DNA of 64,000 bases from Deltaproteobacteria bacterium GWA2_38_16 (GTDB lineage: Bacteria; Bdellovibrionota; JACOXK01; 2-02-FULL-40-11), in assembly GCA_001797335.1 (NCBI GenBank), contig MGPE01000009.1:246-64245 (forward strand), written 5' to 3'. This document shows positions 53,360 to 62,929 of this stretch, in pieces. A model generated the notes under the pieces. That model made no database searches. It had not been told where the DNA came from and saw nothing but the letters and a program-made list of their open reading frames with translations. Every line of letters begins with the position of its first letter. Position 1 is the first letter of the stretch. Position numbers and translations under genes: made by a program.

Positions 53360-53850
53360 CTTCATACGATAGTTTATTTTATGTATTTGCCGCTGTGACT
53401 ATCATTCCAGCCATTGTCACTGTTTTTCATCCCAATATCCTCTATGCTGCCTTGTCTTTATTTGGTTCTTTTTTTGGCGTTGCAGGAATTTATGTACTTT
53501 TAGGAGCAGATTTTATCGCTGCCACTCAAGTTTTAATTTATGTAGGGGGCATTCTAGTTCTTATTTTATTTGCCGTTATGCTTTCTAAAAATATTTATGG
53601 AATGACCTTTCAAGATGAAAAAAAGAAAAAAATACTCCCTACCCTCTTTGGTATATTGCTCTTGGGATTTCTCATTAAACTCATTACAACGGTTCACTGG
53701 AACACAACTCTTTCAGAAGAAGGTCCCCTTCCCACGACTGCAGCTTTAGGAAATTTACTATTAACAGAGTATCTACTGCCATTTGAACTGGCTTCTGTTT
53801 TATTGTTAGCGGCTTTAATTGGAGCCATCATTTTAGCGAGGAGCAAATGA
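53356..53850 (+). CDS. nuoJ: NADH-quinone oxidoreductase subunit J
   Basis: QVLIYVGGILVL, YLLPFELASVLLL. Confidence 0.96.
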   Translation: MTSYDSLFYVFAAVTIIPAIVTVFHPNILYAALSLFGSFFGVAGIYVLLGADFIAATQVLIYVGGILVLILFAVMLSKNIYGMTFQDEKKKKILPTLFGILLLGFLIKLITTVHWNTTLSEEGPLPTTAALGNLLLTEYLLPFELASVLLLAALIGAIILARSK

Positions 53851-54155
53851 CCGTCGAACTACACCACTACTTAATTTTATCTTCTATCTTGTTTGTACTT
53901 GGTATTATTGGGATTATTTCTCGGAAAAATTCTATTGGAATTTTGATGGGCATTGAACTCGTGATGAATGCCTGTGGAATTAACTTTGTGGCCTTTTCAA
54001 AATACATTGCTTCTGACTTTTCAGGACAAATTTTTGCCTTATTCATTTTTGTCATTGCCGCTGCAGAAGTGGTCGTAGCATTGGCCATTGTGCTAAGAAT
54101 TTACCAAAATAAAGCAACCATCGATATTGAAGAGGTTAAAGATTTAAAATGCTAG
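53847..54155 (+). CDS. nuoK: NADH-quinone oxidoreductase subunit K
   Basis: MGIELVMN, GQIF, IAAAE. Confidence 0.96.
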   Translation: MTVELHHYLILSSILFVLGIIGIISRKNSIGILMGIELVMNACGINFVAFSKYIASDFSGQIFALFIFVIAAAEVVVALAIVLRIYQNKATIDIEEVKDLKC

Positions 54156-56143
54156 ATCCTTTTATTGTAAAACTTTTCCCAACTTTAGACCCTATGCTTG
54201 TTATTATTTCGGCCATTCTTTTTTCTCCTTTGGTAGGTTTTGTAATTCAATTTTTTATGGGGGAAAAGCTCTTTCGAAAAGGCGATTGGGTATCTCTAGG
54301 CGCTATTTTTATTTCTTGGGTTTTAACTCTCTTTTTATTTTCAGATTTTGTACACTCCCAAAACGCCCATTTTAAGTGGGTCATGTCTTGGCCATGGATT
54401 GCTTTACCCAGTTTTTCTTTAGGAATGGGAATCCTTTTAGACAGCACTACTATTCTCATGCTTTTGGTCATTACAACGGTAAGCTTTCTCGTTCATCTTT
54501 ATTCCACCGGATACATGCAGGGGGATCCCAGATATAGTCGTTTTTTTGCTTATCTTTCTTTCTTTTCTTTTTCGATGATTGGGCTTGTGCTTTCAGATAA
54601 TCTTTTTGCTCTTTATGTTTTCTGGGAATTGGTTGGACTTTCTTCTTATCTTCTCATTGGTTTTTGGTTTGAAAAACCTTCTGCTGCCAATGCCAGTAAA
54701 AAAGCATTTATTGTCACGCGCGTTGGGGATGTAGGAATGTTTATTGGAATTTTAATTATCTTTTTTCAAACCAATGGACTTTTAAAATTTGAAGATATTT
54801 TTTCTTTTCTTTCCAAAAGTTCTTTTAACGGTGAATTTTTGGGTCTTTCTCTTCTAACGTTGGCGGGACTATGCATTTTTATGGGTGCTGTTGGAAAATC
54901 GGCCCAATTTCCCCTTCACATTTGGCTCCCAGATGCCATGGAAGGCCCCACGCCTGTTTCTGCTCTGATTCATGCGGCTACAATGGTGGCAGCAGGAGTT
55001 TATCTGGTTACCCGCATGTTTCCTTTTTTTACCCCAGAAGCTTTAACCTGCATTGCCTATGTAGGCGCCTTTACCGCTATTTTTTCAGCTACGATGGCCT
55101 TAACCCATAACGATATTAAAAAAGTATTGGCTTATTCGACGGTCAGTCAGCTGGGATATATGATGATGGGCCTAGGTGTTGGGGCAACCATAGCCGGATT
55201 TTTTCATTTGGTCACACATGCTGCTTTTAAAGCATGCCTCTTTTTATGTTCAGGAAGTGTTATTCATGCACTTCACACGCAGGATTTAAGAGAAATGGGG
55301 GGACTTCGCAAAAAAATGCCCATTACATTTGTCACCATGCTCATTGCTACATTGGCCATTTCAGGCGTTCCTCTTTTTTCTGGCTTTGTTAGTAAAGACA
55401 TGATTTTGGGAGGAACACTTTCTTTTGTCTCCAATCATCCAAATCACTTTTTAATCCCCATTTTTGGATTTTCCGCTGCGGCTTTAACGGCCTTTTACAT
55501 GTTTAGACTTATTTTTATGACTTTCTTTGGCACCGCTCGCGACTCCAAAAAATTTGAACATGCACATGAAAGCCCTTTTAATATGACGCTTCCTTTAATT
55601 ATTTTAAGTCTTTCATCTTTTGCCATTGTATTTACGCCCCTTCATTTTTGGATTGAACAAGAAGAAATACCTGAAAACATACATCATCTGGCCACCGTTC
55701 TTTCTCTTTTTGTGGCTGGAAGTGGCATTTTACTTTCATATCTTATGTATATGAAAAAAGTTTTAAACCCTGACACTCTGGCTCAACGTTTTAAATATAT
55801 CTATAACACCCTCATCCACCTTTATTGGATTGATGAACTCTATGAATGGGCTATTTTAAATAATGTCGTTCGTCTGAATAATCTTTTAGCTCATTTTGAT
55901 AACCGAGTTATTGATCAAGTGATGGTGGATGGCTGGGCTCCCGTGACCATTCAAACATCAAGAGGTTCTGGCAATTTTGATAATCGAGTTATTGATGAGC
56001 TCTTAGTCGATGGGACAGGACAAATGGTGGGAGCTTCAGGGAAACAAACGGTAAAAATTCAAACTGGGAAAGTGCAACAATATATTTTGGTAGGACTAGG
56101 GTCTGTCTGTGTATTATTAATTCTACTAACGCTTATTTTATGA
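54149..56143 (+). CDS. nuoL: NADH-quinone oxidoreductase subunit L
   Basis: WELVGLSSYLLIGFW, GKSAQFPLHIWLPDAMEGPTPVSALIHAATMV, QTGKVQQY; duplicated FDNRVID in the lateral helix. Confidence 0.98.
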   Translation: MLDPFIVKLFPTLDPMLVIISAILFSPLVGFVIQFFMGEKLFRKGDWVSLGAIFISWVLTLFLFSDFVHSQNAHFKWVMSWPWIALPSFSLGMGILLDSTTILMLLVITTVSFLVHLYSTGYMQGDPRYSRFFAYLSFFSFSMIGLVLSDNLFALYVFWELVGLSSYLLIGFWFEKPSAANASKKAFIVTRVGDVGMFIGILIIFFQTNGLLKFEDIFSFLSKSSFNGEFLGLSLLTLAGLCIFMGAVGKSAQFPLHIWLPDAMEGPTPVSALIHAATMVAAGVYLVTRMFPFFTPEALTCIAYVGAFTAIFSATMALTHNDIKKVLAYSTVSQLGYMMMGLGVGATIAGFFHLVTHAAFKACLFLCSGSVIHALHTQDLREMGGLRKKMPITFVTMLIATLAISGVPLFSGFVSKDMILGGTLSFVSNHPNHFLIPIFGFSAAALTAFYMFRLIFMTFFGTARDSKKFEHAHESPFNMTLPLIILSLSSFAIVFTPLHFWIEQEEIPENIHHLATVLSLFVAGSGILLSYLMYMKKVLNPDTLAQRFKYIYNTLIHLYWIDELYEWAILNNVVRLNNLLAHFDNRVIDQVMVDGWAPVTIQTSRGSGNFDNRVIDELLVDGTGQMVGASGKQTVKIQTGKVQQYILVGLGSVCVLLILLTLIL

Positions 56144-56153
56144 GGAGAGATAT

Positions 56154-57707
56154 ATGACATTGCCAAATATCATCATGGATCATTTACTGACAGGAATCGT
56201 CTTTTTACCTGTTATAGGAATATTAATTATCTTACTGCTCCCCAGCAATCGTCCTTCTCTCATCCGCTGGACATCAGCAGCATTCACGTTTCTCCCCTTA
56301 TGCATCGCTGCAGAACTTTTTTTACTTTTTAATCGCAATGAAGCTGGCTTTCAATTTGTAGAAAAATTTTCTTGGATCCCCACTTTTAATATCCATTATT
56401 ATATCGGAACCGATGGTCTTTCCATCACCATGCTTTTATTGACAGCACTTCTTTCTTTCCTTTGTGTTTTTGCCTCGTGGGGTATTACTCAAGGTGTAAA
56501 AGGCTACTTTACAATGTTTCTTCTCTTAGAAGCCGGCATGATGGGTGTGTTTGTTGCCCTTGATTTTTTCCTTTTTTATATTTTTTGGGAACTCATGCTT
56601 TTGCCTATGTATTTTCTCATTGGCATTTGGGGAGGTCCTAAAAAAGAATATGCTGCTATTAAATTCTTTTTATATACCCTCTTTGGTTCTGTCTTAATGC
56701 TCGTTGTCATGTTAGCCTTTTATTTTTACTCTGATCCGCATACGTTTGATTTAGTAGAACTGGCTAGGCCTGGAATCTTAAAAATAAAAGATTTAACCAT
56801 TTTTGGATTGCCTATCACCATTGCTCTTTTTAAAAAGATTTTATTTATTCTTCTTTTTATTGGCTTTGCGATTAAAGTCCCTATTTTCCCTTTTCATACA
56901 TGGTTACCGCTGGCCCACGTAGAAGCTCCTACTCCGATTTCAGTAATTCTTGCCGGAGTGCTTTTAAAAATGGGTGCTTATGGACTGCTTCGAATTAGTT
57001 TTCCTATTTTACCCCAAGAAACCTATTGGTTTTCTTATGCCTTGGCCATTTTAGGACTTATTAATATTGTTTATGGTGCTTTTTGTGCGATGGCTCAAAT
57101 TACGCTTCCTCAAGAAAAAGGAGGCAATGATTGGAAAAAACTCATTGCCTATTCTTCCATTAACCACATGGGCTACGTGCTTTTAGGAATGGCCGCCTTT
57201 ACCGTTGAAGGAATCAATGGGGCTGTCTTTCAAATGTTTAACCACGGCATTACTACCGGCATGCTCTTTCTATTAGTAGGCGTCATTTACGATCGTGTTC
57301 ACCATAGACGCATTGATGGATTTGGTGGGCTTCGAGTTAAAGCTCCTATTTACACATCGATTGTTGCTCTGGCTTTTTTTGCTTCTTTAGGACTTCCTGG
57401 CCTTTCAAGTTTTATTTCAGAAGCGTTGGTCTTTTTAGGATCTTTTAAAGTCTATCCATCTCTCACCATTCTAGCCACGATTGGTATTCTCATTAATGCT
57501 GCTTTTTTCCTGTGGGTTTTACAAAAAATATTCTTAGGGCCTCTGAATACTACGTATAAAGATCTCTCTGATATTAATTTTAGAGAGCTCGTTACCCTAG
57601 TTCCTTTAGCCGTATTGGTCATTTTTTTAGGGGTTTTTCCGATGCCTATTTTAGATTTAATGAAAATAACTTTAGATAAACTTTTAACCGTTATTCAATC
57701 TGTGTAA
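56154..57707 (+). CDS. nuoM: NADH-quinone oxidoreductase subunit M
   Basis: FWELMLLPMY, KVPIFPFHTWLP.AHVEAPT, LLKMG, GLPGLSSF.SE. Confidence 0.98.
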   Translation: MTLPNIIMDHLLTGIVFLPVIGILIILLLPSNRPSLIRWTSAAFTFLPLCIAAELFLLFNRNEAGFQFVEKFSWIPTFNIHYYIGTDGLSITMLLLTALLSFLCVFASWGITQGVKGYFTMFLLLEAGMMGVFVALDFFLFYIFWELMLLPMYFLIGIWGGPKKEYAAIKFFLYTLFGSVLMLVVMLAFYFYSDPHTFDLVELARPGILKIKDLTIFGLPITIALFKKILFILLFIGFAIKVPIFPFHTWLPLAHVEAPTPISVILAGVLLKMGAYGLLRISFPILPQETYWFSYALAILGLINIVYGAFCAMAQITLPQEKGGNDWKKLIAYSSINHMGYVLLGMAAFTVEGINGAVFQMFNHGITTGMLFLLVGVIYDRVHHRRIDGFGGLRVKAPIYTSIVALAFFASLGLPGLSSFISEALVFLGSFKVYPSLTILATIGILINAAFFLWVLQKIFLGPLNTTYKDLSDINFRELVTLVPLAVLVIFLGVFPMPILDLMKITLDKLLTVIQSV

Positions 57708-57710
57708 ATA

Positions 57711-59186
57711 ATGAGTAATTTAACCTCTAGTTTAATGCTCTATTCTAGCGAAATCATCTTAACGTTGACGCTCTCTTTTGTCTTAATCATCCACATGATT
57801 TCTCGGAATAATTTTCTGACATTTTTAACGGCTCTGGTGGGACTTGCTGCTGCAGCTCTTGCAGTGGGAACGTTATATAGCTATGCCCCTCAATTTTATT
57901 TTTCAAATCACTTAAGCCACGATCCTTTTAGTCTCTTTTTTAAACTCTTTTTCATTGTTGCTACTTTTTTTACGTTTCTTTTTAGCTACCGTTCCTATGA
58001 AATTGACTCCAATAGAACCGCTGAATTTTATCTTCTCACCCTTTCTGTTACCCTAGGCATGTGCACGCTGGTTTCTTCTTTAAATCTACTCACTCTTTAT
58101 CTTTCCTTAGAACTCGTAAGTATTGTTTCTTATGCCCTGGCTGGATTTAGAAAAGAACACCCCGCATCTAATGAAGCAGCCATTAAATATCTTTTATATG
58201 GAGCGTTTGCATCGGGGACCATGCTTTTTGGGATGTCTTTATTATATGGACTCACAGGCTCTTTAAATATTTATTCTATTAATGCTACCTTATCGACCGC
58301 CTTTTTAGATCCTTTGGTTTTATATTCAGTACTTTTGATGATTCTTTTTGGATTTGGATTTAAAATTTCCATGGCTCCCTTCCATATGTGGGCTCCGGAT
58401 GTGTATCATGGAGCGCCCACCCCAACGGCCGCTTTTTTTACCGTAGCCCCCAAGGCTGCCGGATTTGCTGTCTTCATTCGCTTTTTTTATACCGTTTTTG
58501 CCAACATGGGAACTACTCCCAATCAGTGGGATGAACTGACTAATCTCAATTGGGCACTTATTCTTTCTATTTTATCTGCCATTACGATGACCATTGGAAA
58601 TTTAAGTGCTCTTCGGCAAAAAAATGCCAAACGAATGTTGGCGTATTCCAGTATTGCACACGCAGGATATATGCTCATGGGATTTATTGTTTTAAATAAA
58701 CAAGGGCTTTCTTCCGTCTTATTTTATCTAGCTATTTATTTTTTCATGAATTTTGGTGCTTTTTTTGCCGTAGGATTAGCTTCTAACAAATTTAAAAATG
58801 AAGAAATTTCTAGTTTTAAAGGATTGGGGTGGACATCTCCCTTATTGGGAGTTTCTTTGGCCATATTTTTATTTTCTTTAACAGGCATTCCGCCTTTTGG
58901 CGGATTTATTGGGAAAGTATATTTATTTTCAGCACTGGTTCATAAAGAGTTATATTGGCTACTCCTTATTGCTATTTTAAATACCGTCATCTCGCTTTAT
59001 TACTATACGTATTTGGTCCGAGAAATGTTTTTACAAAAATCTAAGGATTCCGAAAGTGTAGCGCTTACCCCCCTTCATACAATAGCGCTACTTCTTTTGG
59101 TTATTCCAACCCTTGTCTTTGGCATTTACTGGGAACCTTTATTAGCCTTTGTCTCCCACTCACTTCAATTTATCGTCACTCCGTAA
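57711..59186 (+). CDS. nuoN: NADH-quinone oxidoreductase subunit N
   Basis: EAAIKY, FKISMAPFHMWAPDVYHGAPTP, KRMLAYSSIAHAGY, GIPPFGGFIGK. Confidence 0.98.
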   Translation: MSNLTSSLMLYSSEIILTLTLSFVLIIHMISRNNFLTFLTALVGLAAAALAVGTLYSYAPQFYFSNHLSHDPFSLFFKLFFIVATFFTFLFSYRSYEIDSNRTAEFYLLTLSVTLGMCTLVSSLNLLTLYLSLELVSIVSYALAGFRKEHPASNEAAIKYLLYGAFASGTMLFGMSLLYGLTGSLNIYSINATLSTAFLDPLVLYSVLLMILFGFGFKISMAPFHMWAPDVYHGAPTPTAAFFTVAPKAAGFAVFIRFFYTVFANMGTTPNQWDELTNLNWALILSILSAITMTIGNLSALRQKNAKRMLAYSSIAHAGYMLMGFIVLNKQGLSSVLFYLAIYFFMNFGAFFAVGLASNKFKNEEISSFKGLGWTSPLLGVSLAIFLFSLTGIPPFGGFIGKVYLFSALVHKELYWLLLIAILNTVISLYYYTYLVREMFLQKSKDSESVALTPLHTIALLLLVIPTLVFGIYWEPLLAFVSHSLQFIVTP

Positions 59187-59203
59187 AATTATATCCCCTT
59201 TAG

Positions 59204-59271
59204 GTGTTTCAAAAGCTTGAAACACTTTGTTATTTTACCCTATTGAGTTTCTGAAACTTCCCTGTTATAGC
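59204..59271 (+). promoter_or_regulatory. palindromic operators and promoter of the TIGR02147-like gene
   Basis: GTGTTTCAA-N4-TTGAAACAC at 59204-59225; AGTTTC-T-GAAACT at 59246-59258 overlapping -35 TTGAGT (59243-48); 17-bp spacer; TATAGC 59266-71 with an upstream TG. Confidence 0.55.
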
Positions 59272-59282
59272 CTTTCCCAACC

Positions 59283-60053
59283 ATGAATGACCAAAGAGCT
59301 ATACAAAGTGTACTTCAGTCGAAACTGACAGAGTTTCAATTAAAAAACACTGCCTTTTCACTTCGTGCTTTTTCAAATAGGCTTGGAATGAGCCCAGGGG
59401 CCGTTTCTCAAATTTTGAATGGAAAAAGATTTGTTTCTAAAAAGATAGCCCAAAAAATTTGTGATAAACTTCTCTTAGATCCTCAAGAAAAATCAGAGAT
59501 TGTTGGGCTTTTTCCTGAACAAAAAAAAGAACTCTTAAATAATACTGCTTTAGAACCCAATTATCTTCAACTTCAGTCAGACCAGTTTCGAGTGATTTCA
59601 GATTGGTATTATTTGGCCATTCTCTCTTTAATGAAAACCCGAGGGTTTAAACAAAGCCCACAATGGATATCTAAACGTCTTGGCATATCCCAGAAAGAAG
59701 CCAAAGAGGCCATGACCCGATTAAAAAGATTGGGGCTCATTGAGAAAGATAAAAAGGGTGGGTTAAAGCGTTCCGTTCCACGTTATCGAACCTCTGATGA
59801 CACAAAAGATGTATCTGTACAAAAATCTCATTTTCAAAGCTTGGAACTCGCACAAAAGTCATTAACAACGGATCCCGTTCAAGAAAGAGATTTTACTTCA
59901 ATCACCATGGCCATTAATTCTAAGAAATTGGCTGAAGCAAAAGTTTTGATTCGAAAATTTCAAGATGAATTAAGTGGTCTTTTAGAAGATTCCACCCCTG
60001 ATCAAGTGTATCGATTATGTGTTCAACTTTTTCCATTAAGTCAAGGGAGGTAA
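59283..60053 (+). CDS. TIGR02147 / DUF4423 family HTH protein
   Basis: XRE-like HTH (FSLRAFSNRLGMSPGAVSQILNGKR), ISDWYYLAI, wHTH (WISKRLGIS...LKRLGLI), RDFTSITMAI, VYRLCVQLFPLS C-terminus. Confidence 0.85.
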   Translation: MNDQRAIQSVLQSKLTEFQLKNTAFSLRAFSNRLGMSPGAVSQILNGKRFVSKKIAQKICDKLLLDPQEKSEIVGLFPEQKKELLNNTALEPNYLQLQSDQFRVISDWYYLAILSLMKTRGFKQSPQWISKRLGISQKEAKEAMTRLKRLGLIEKDKKGGLKRSVPRYRTSDDTKDVSVQKSHFQSLELAQKSLTTDPVQERDFTSITMAINSKKLAEAKVLIRKFQDELSGLLEDSTPDQVYRLCVQLFPLSQGR

Positions 60054-60142
60054 ATAATATGCGTAACTTATTCTATATCGGACTTTTAATGGCAGGGCTC
60101 ATCTCACCCACTTTTGCTGGAGATAAAGTAGGAAATGGGGGA
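60046..60142 (+). repeat. conserved leader module copy 1 (RBS + signal peptide + GDKVGNGG)
   Basis: GGAGGTAAATAATATGCGTAACTTATT...GGAGATAAAGTAGGAAATGGGGGA; contains the TAA stop of the upstream HTH gene. Confidence 0.93.
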
Positions 60143-61690
60143 GATGTCGTGGTTTGCCGGAATACAGTAAATGAAGTTACTTCGATTGAAGCCTTAGATA
60201 TTTATGAAGGGAGAGTGCGCTGGACTATCGAACTTGATTTGGGAGATGCTTCTTTGTCTCCTCTTCAAAAAGTGGAATTGGCTCTTTCAAGGTTAGGGCG
60301 AATTTCGTCTATCCGAGCAGAGAGGTATTTAGAAAAAGCCAAGCAGTTTGACGCTAACGCTCTCTTTTTAGATAATACCGAGCTTCCAGATATTTCTGAT
60401 TCTAACCATTTAATTTTTCCAAAAGGCTGTAAAGTCGAACAAATTATTGTCCAACGAACTCCTCATTTTTCAGATGATAGACGATATTTGGTCAGTAATG
60501 ATCTTTGGAAACAACTAGACTCTACAAATAAAGCTGCTCTTATACTTCATGAAATTATTTATGAAGAAGCATTAGAATTTGGGCATCAAGATTCTGTCCC
60601 TACCCGTTATTTTAATGCTCATCTCATGTCCCATCGATTTGAAACTTTTACGCCAAAAGAAATGGCTGCTTTTTTTAAGACAATTGATTTTAAGAAATTT
60701 GATTATCAAGGTTTTATTTATGCTTCTTCTAGACTTGAATGCCATCACCAATTCATCAAAGAAGAGATGTGGCCCATTCAATTTTTTGATAATGGCATGG
60801 TTGTTAAAAGTGGCTGTATTTTAAGTGGCTCTATCGAAGTTCAAGGACAAAAAGCAAATGTGGCAGGATTTATTTCTTTTCATGATAACGGACAGCCTCA
60901 TTCTTTCATGGCCAGTTCTCCCGATCCACAAAAACCACTCATGGTCAGAATTAATGAAAAAGATTATGCCCCATATGATGGGGGAGAAATCCAGCTCTAT
61001 CAAGATAGTAGTTTGAAAGCGGTCGTTTTGGCCTTAGATGATAAAAATGGATTAGTTTTTGAATCCACCAATTATTCTTTGAATACAGTCGCAGTCGATA
61101 ATCCATGGGGAAAGGGGAGTCGTCCCTTAACTGTAATCCTTTATCCGAATGGGGGCATAAGTAGCCTGATAGCCATAGAACCAGATAGGCATTATCCCAA
61201 ACAAATTAAAGGATGGGGAATGAGTCGAGGTCAAAGGATATATATTAGATCAAATCGTGTTGATTTTTTTTCAGATGAAACTGTAAAAATGGCAACCATC
61301 TCTTATGAAACACCTTTAACTTTTACGATTGATGAGCATCAGTTGAAATTTGCAGGGTATGTAGAGCTCTACGAAACAGGGGAATTAAAAAGTGGTATTT
61401 TCATTGCAGAACCTCAGAAATCGTTCTGGGGAAATACGTACTTTGAAAAAATAGCGATTCCTTTTTTGGTCGGAGATCAAAAAACTAAATTTTGGCTAAA
61501 AAAAGAAACAAATGATTGGTTTGAAGGAAGATATATTCACTTTTATCCTGGATATAAAGTTAAACAAGGAATGTTAGCGCAGTCCGCAACATTTAAAACT
61601 ACGGATGGGCAAACAATCGTTGTTCAAGAAGGACAGATAGTATCTTTAGATGAACAAGGACGATTATTACAGGGGCAAAGTGAATACTAA
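60059..61690 (+). CDS. secreted GNGG-leader protein 1 with C-terminal beta repeats
   Basis: True start ATG 60059 after GGAGG. MRNLFYIGLLMAGLISPTFA-GDKVGNGG; NKAALILHEIIYE; about 8 MORN-like repeats. Confidence 0.85.
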   Translation: MRNLFYIGLLMAGLISPTFAGDKVGNGGDVVVCRNTVNEVTSIEALDIYEGRVRWTIELDLGDASLSPLQKVELALSRLGRISSIRAERYLEKAKQFDANALFLDNTELPDISDSNHLIFPKGCKVEQIIVQRTPHFSDDRRYLVSNDLWKQLDSTNKAALILHEIIYEEALEFGHQDSVPTRYFNAHLMSHRFETFTPKEMAAFFKTIDFKKFDYQGFIYASSRLECHHQFIKEEMWPIQFFDNGMVVKSGCILSGSIEVQGQKANVAGFISFHDNGQPHSFMASSPDPQKPLMVRINEKDYAPYDGGEIQLYQDSSLKAVVLALDDKNGLVFESTNYSLNTVAVDNPWGKGSRPLTVILYPNGGISSLIAIEPDRHYPKQIKGWGMSRGQRIYIRSNRVDFFSDETVKMATISYETPLTFTIDEHQLKFAGYVELYETGELKSGIFIAEPQKSFWGNTYFEKIAIPFLVGDQKTKFWLKKETNDWFEGRYIHFYPGYKVKQGMLAQSATFKTTDGQTIVVQEGQIVSLDEQGRLLQGQSEY

Positions 61691-61704
61691 TTATTCTTTG
61701 CAAA

Positions 61705-61801
61705 GGAGGTAAATAATATGCGTAACTTATTCTATAGTGGACTTTTAATAATGAGCCTGCTCTCACCCACTTTTGCTGGAGATAAAGTAGGCAATGGGGG
61801 A
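61705..61801 (+). repeat. conserved leader module copy 2
   Basis: 11 mismatches in 97 bp versus copy 1 (manual count). Confidence 0.93.
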
Positions 61802-62926
61802 GGCGCTGTTGTTTGTAGAAGTTTGACTGATAACAGCGTTTTTTCTTCAGAATTACTTGATTTATGGGAAGGTAAAGAATTCCTTGATCTTTCCATACCA
61901 GAATCATCAAAAGAGGTGAATGAACAGCATTTGTCTGCATTAGAGGTAATAAGAAATGTAGGAAAACCAGAGAAAAAGTTGTCTGACAAAAATCTTCTTA
62001 ATTCTATAAGTGATTTCACAGAAAGAATTTATTTAGATATTTTAGAGGCCACTCGTCATATCGATAATTCAACAAGCGATCTGCCTTTGGATATGGGTAT
62101 CAATTTAACCAATGATATTTATGCAGTCTACTATAAGAAGACATTACGAAGTATGAGCACGCCGAACCTTCGATGTGGATTAGAGATGGTGGCATATTAT
62201 AGGCCAGATGGCACTTTAGAGAGAGACACTGAAATCTATGACCATTTTACGTTAACCAGTAAAGCCGCTTTAAAAACACACGAATCTATTTACAAGGCAG
62301 CCCGAGAATTTTCAACCTTTGCTCATGGAAAGAAAAAAGTTTTAAATGATTCAAGAGACGTTAGAGAACTTGTTGCGTATTTATATTCTCAAGAACCAGA
62401 CCAGGGTAAAATTTTAAATAGTCTTCACGCTCTCTTCGGTTATCGCCCAACTGAGCAGAAATATGTTGATGTTAAACCCGATGATCATCAAGAAACAAAT
62501 CTCAGGATCTCAATTCTTACATCCAAAAGTCTCGAAAAAGGGGGATTTATAGATAGTTTTATAGATCGAGAAAGTTTAAGGGGAGTCCAACTCGGTTACA
62601 ATGCTTATTTATATGATGAAACACGCTCAAATCCTGTTAAAATTTCTGGGGCAACATTAGATTCAAAACAGAATCCAAAAGAACGCTTTTTGTTGTCTCA
62701 AAACATACAGGACTTACGTCATAAAATAATCTATATTGAGGGTTTTTTCTCACCTCGTCGTAATGCAACTGAGTACCTGAGAGAAGACTCGATAGAAATG
62801 ACCGTTGCGGTAAAACTTGAATTATTGGGTAACAATGATGTCGTTTTGGCGGAGAGGTCTGGCACATTAATCTTTTCAACAAATACGCTTGAACCCTTTG
62901 TCATGCTTTTCTGTGAACTATATTGA
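61718..62926 (+). CDS. secreted GNGG-leader protein 2
   Basis: MRNLFYSGLLIMSLLSPTFA-GDKVGNGG; SKAALKTHESIYK. Confidence 0.85.
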   Translation: MRNLFYSGLLIMSLLSPTFAGDKVGNGGGAVVCRSLTDNSVFSSELLDLWEGKEFLDLSIPESSKEVNEQHLSALEVIRNVGKPEKKLSDKNLLNSISDFTERIYLDILEATRHIDNSTSDLPLDMGINLTNDIYAVYYKKTLRSMSTPNLRCGLEMVAYYRPDGTLERDTEIYDHFTLTSKAALKTHESIYKAAREFSTFAHGKKKVLNDSRDVRELVAYLYSQEPDQGKILNSLHALFGYRPTEQKYVDVKPDDHQETNLRISILTSKSLEKGGFIDSFIDRESLRGVQLGYNAYLYDETRSNPVKISGATLDSKQNPKERFLLSQNIQDLRHKIIYIEGFFSPRRNATEYLREDSIEMTVAVKLELLGNNDVVLAERSGTLIFSTNTLEPFVMLFCELY

Positions 62927-62929
62927 AGA

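Noticed and set aside
60017..60058. N-terminal extension MCSTFSIKSREVNN from the ORF track
   Set aside because: The RBS and the two sister genes place the start at ATG 60059.
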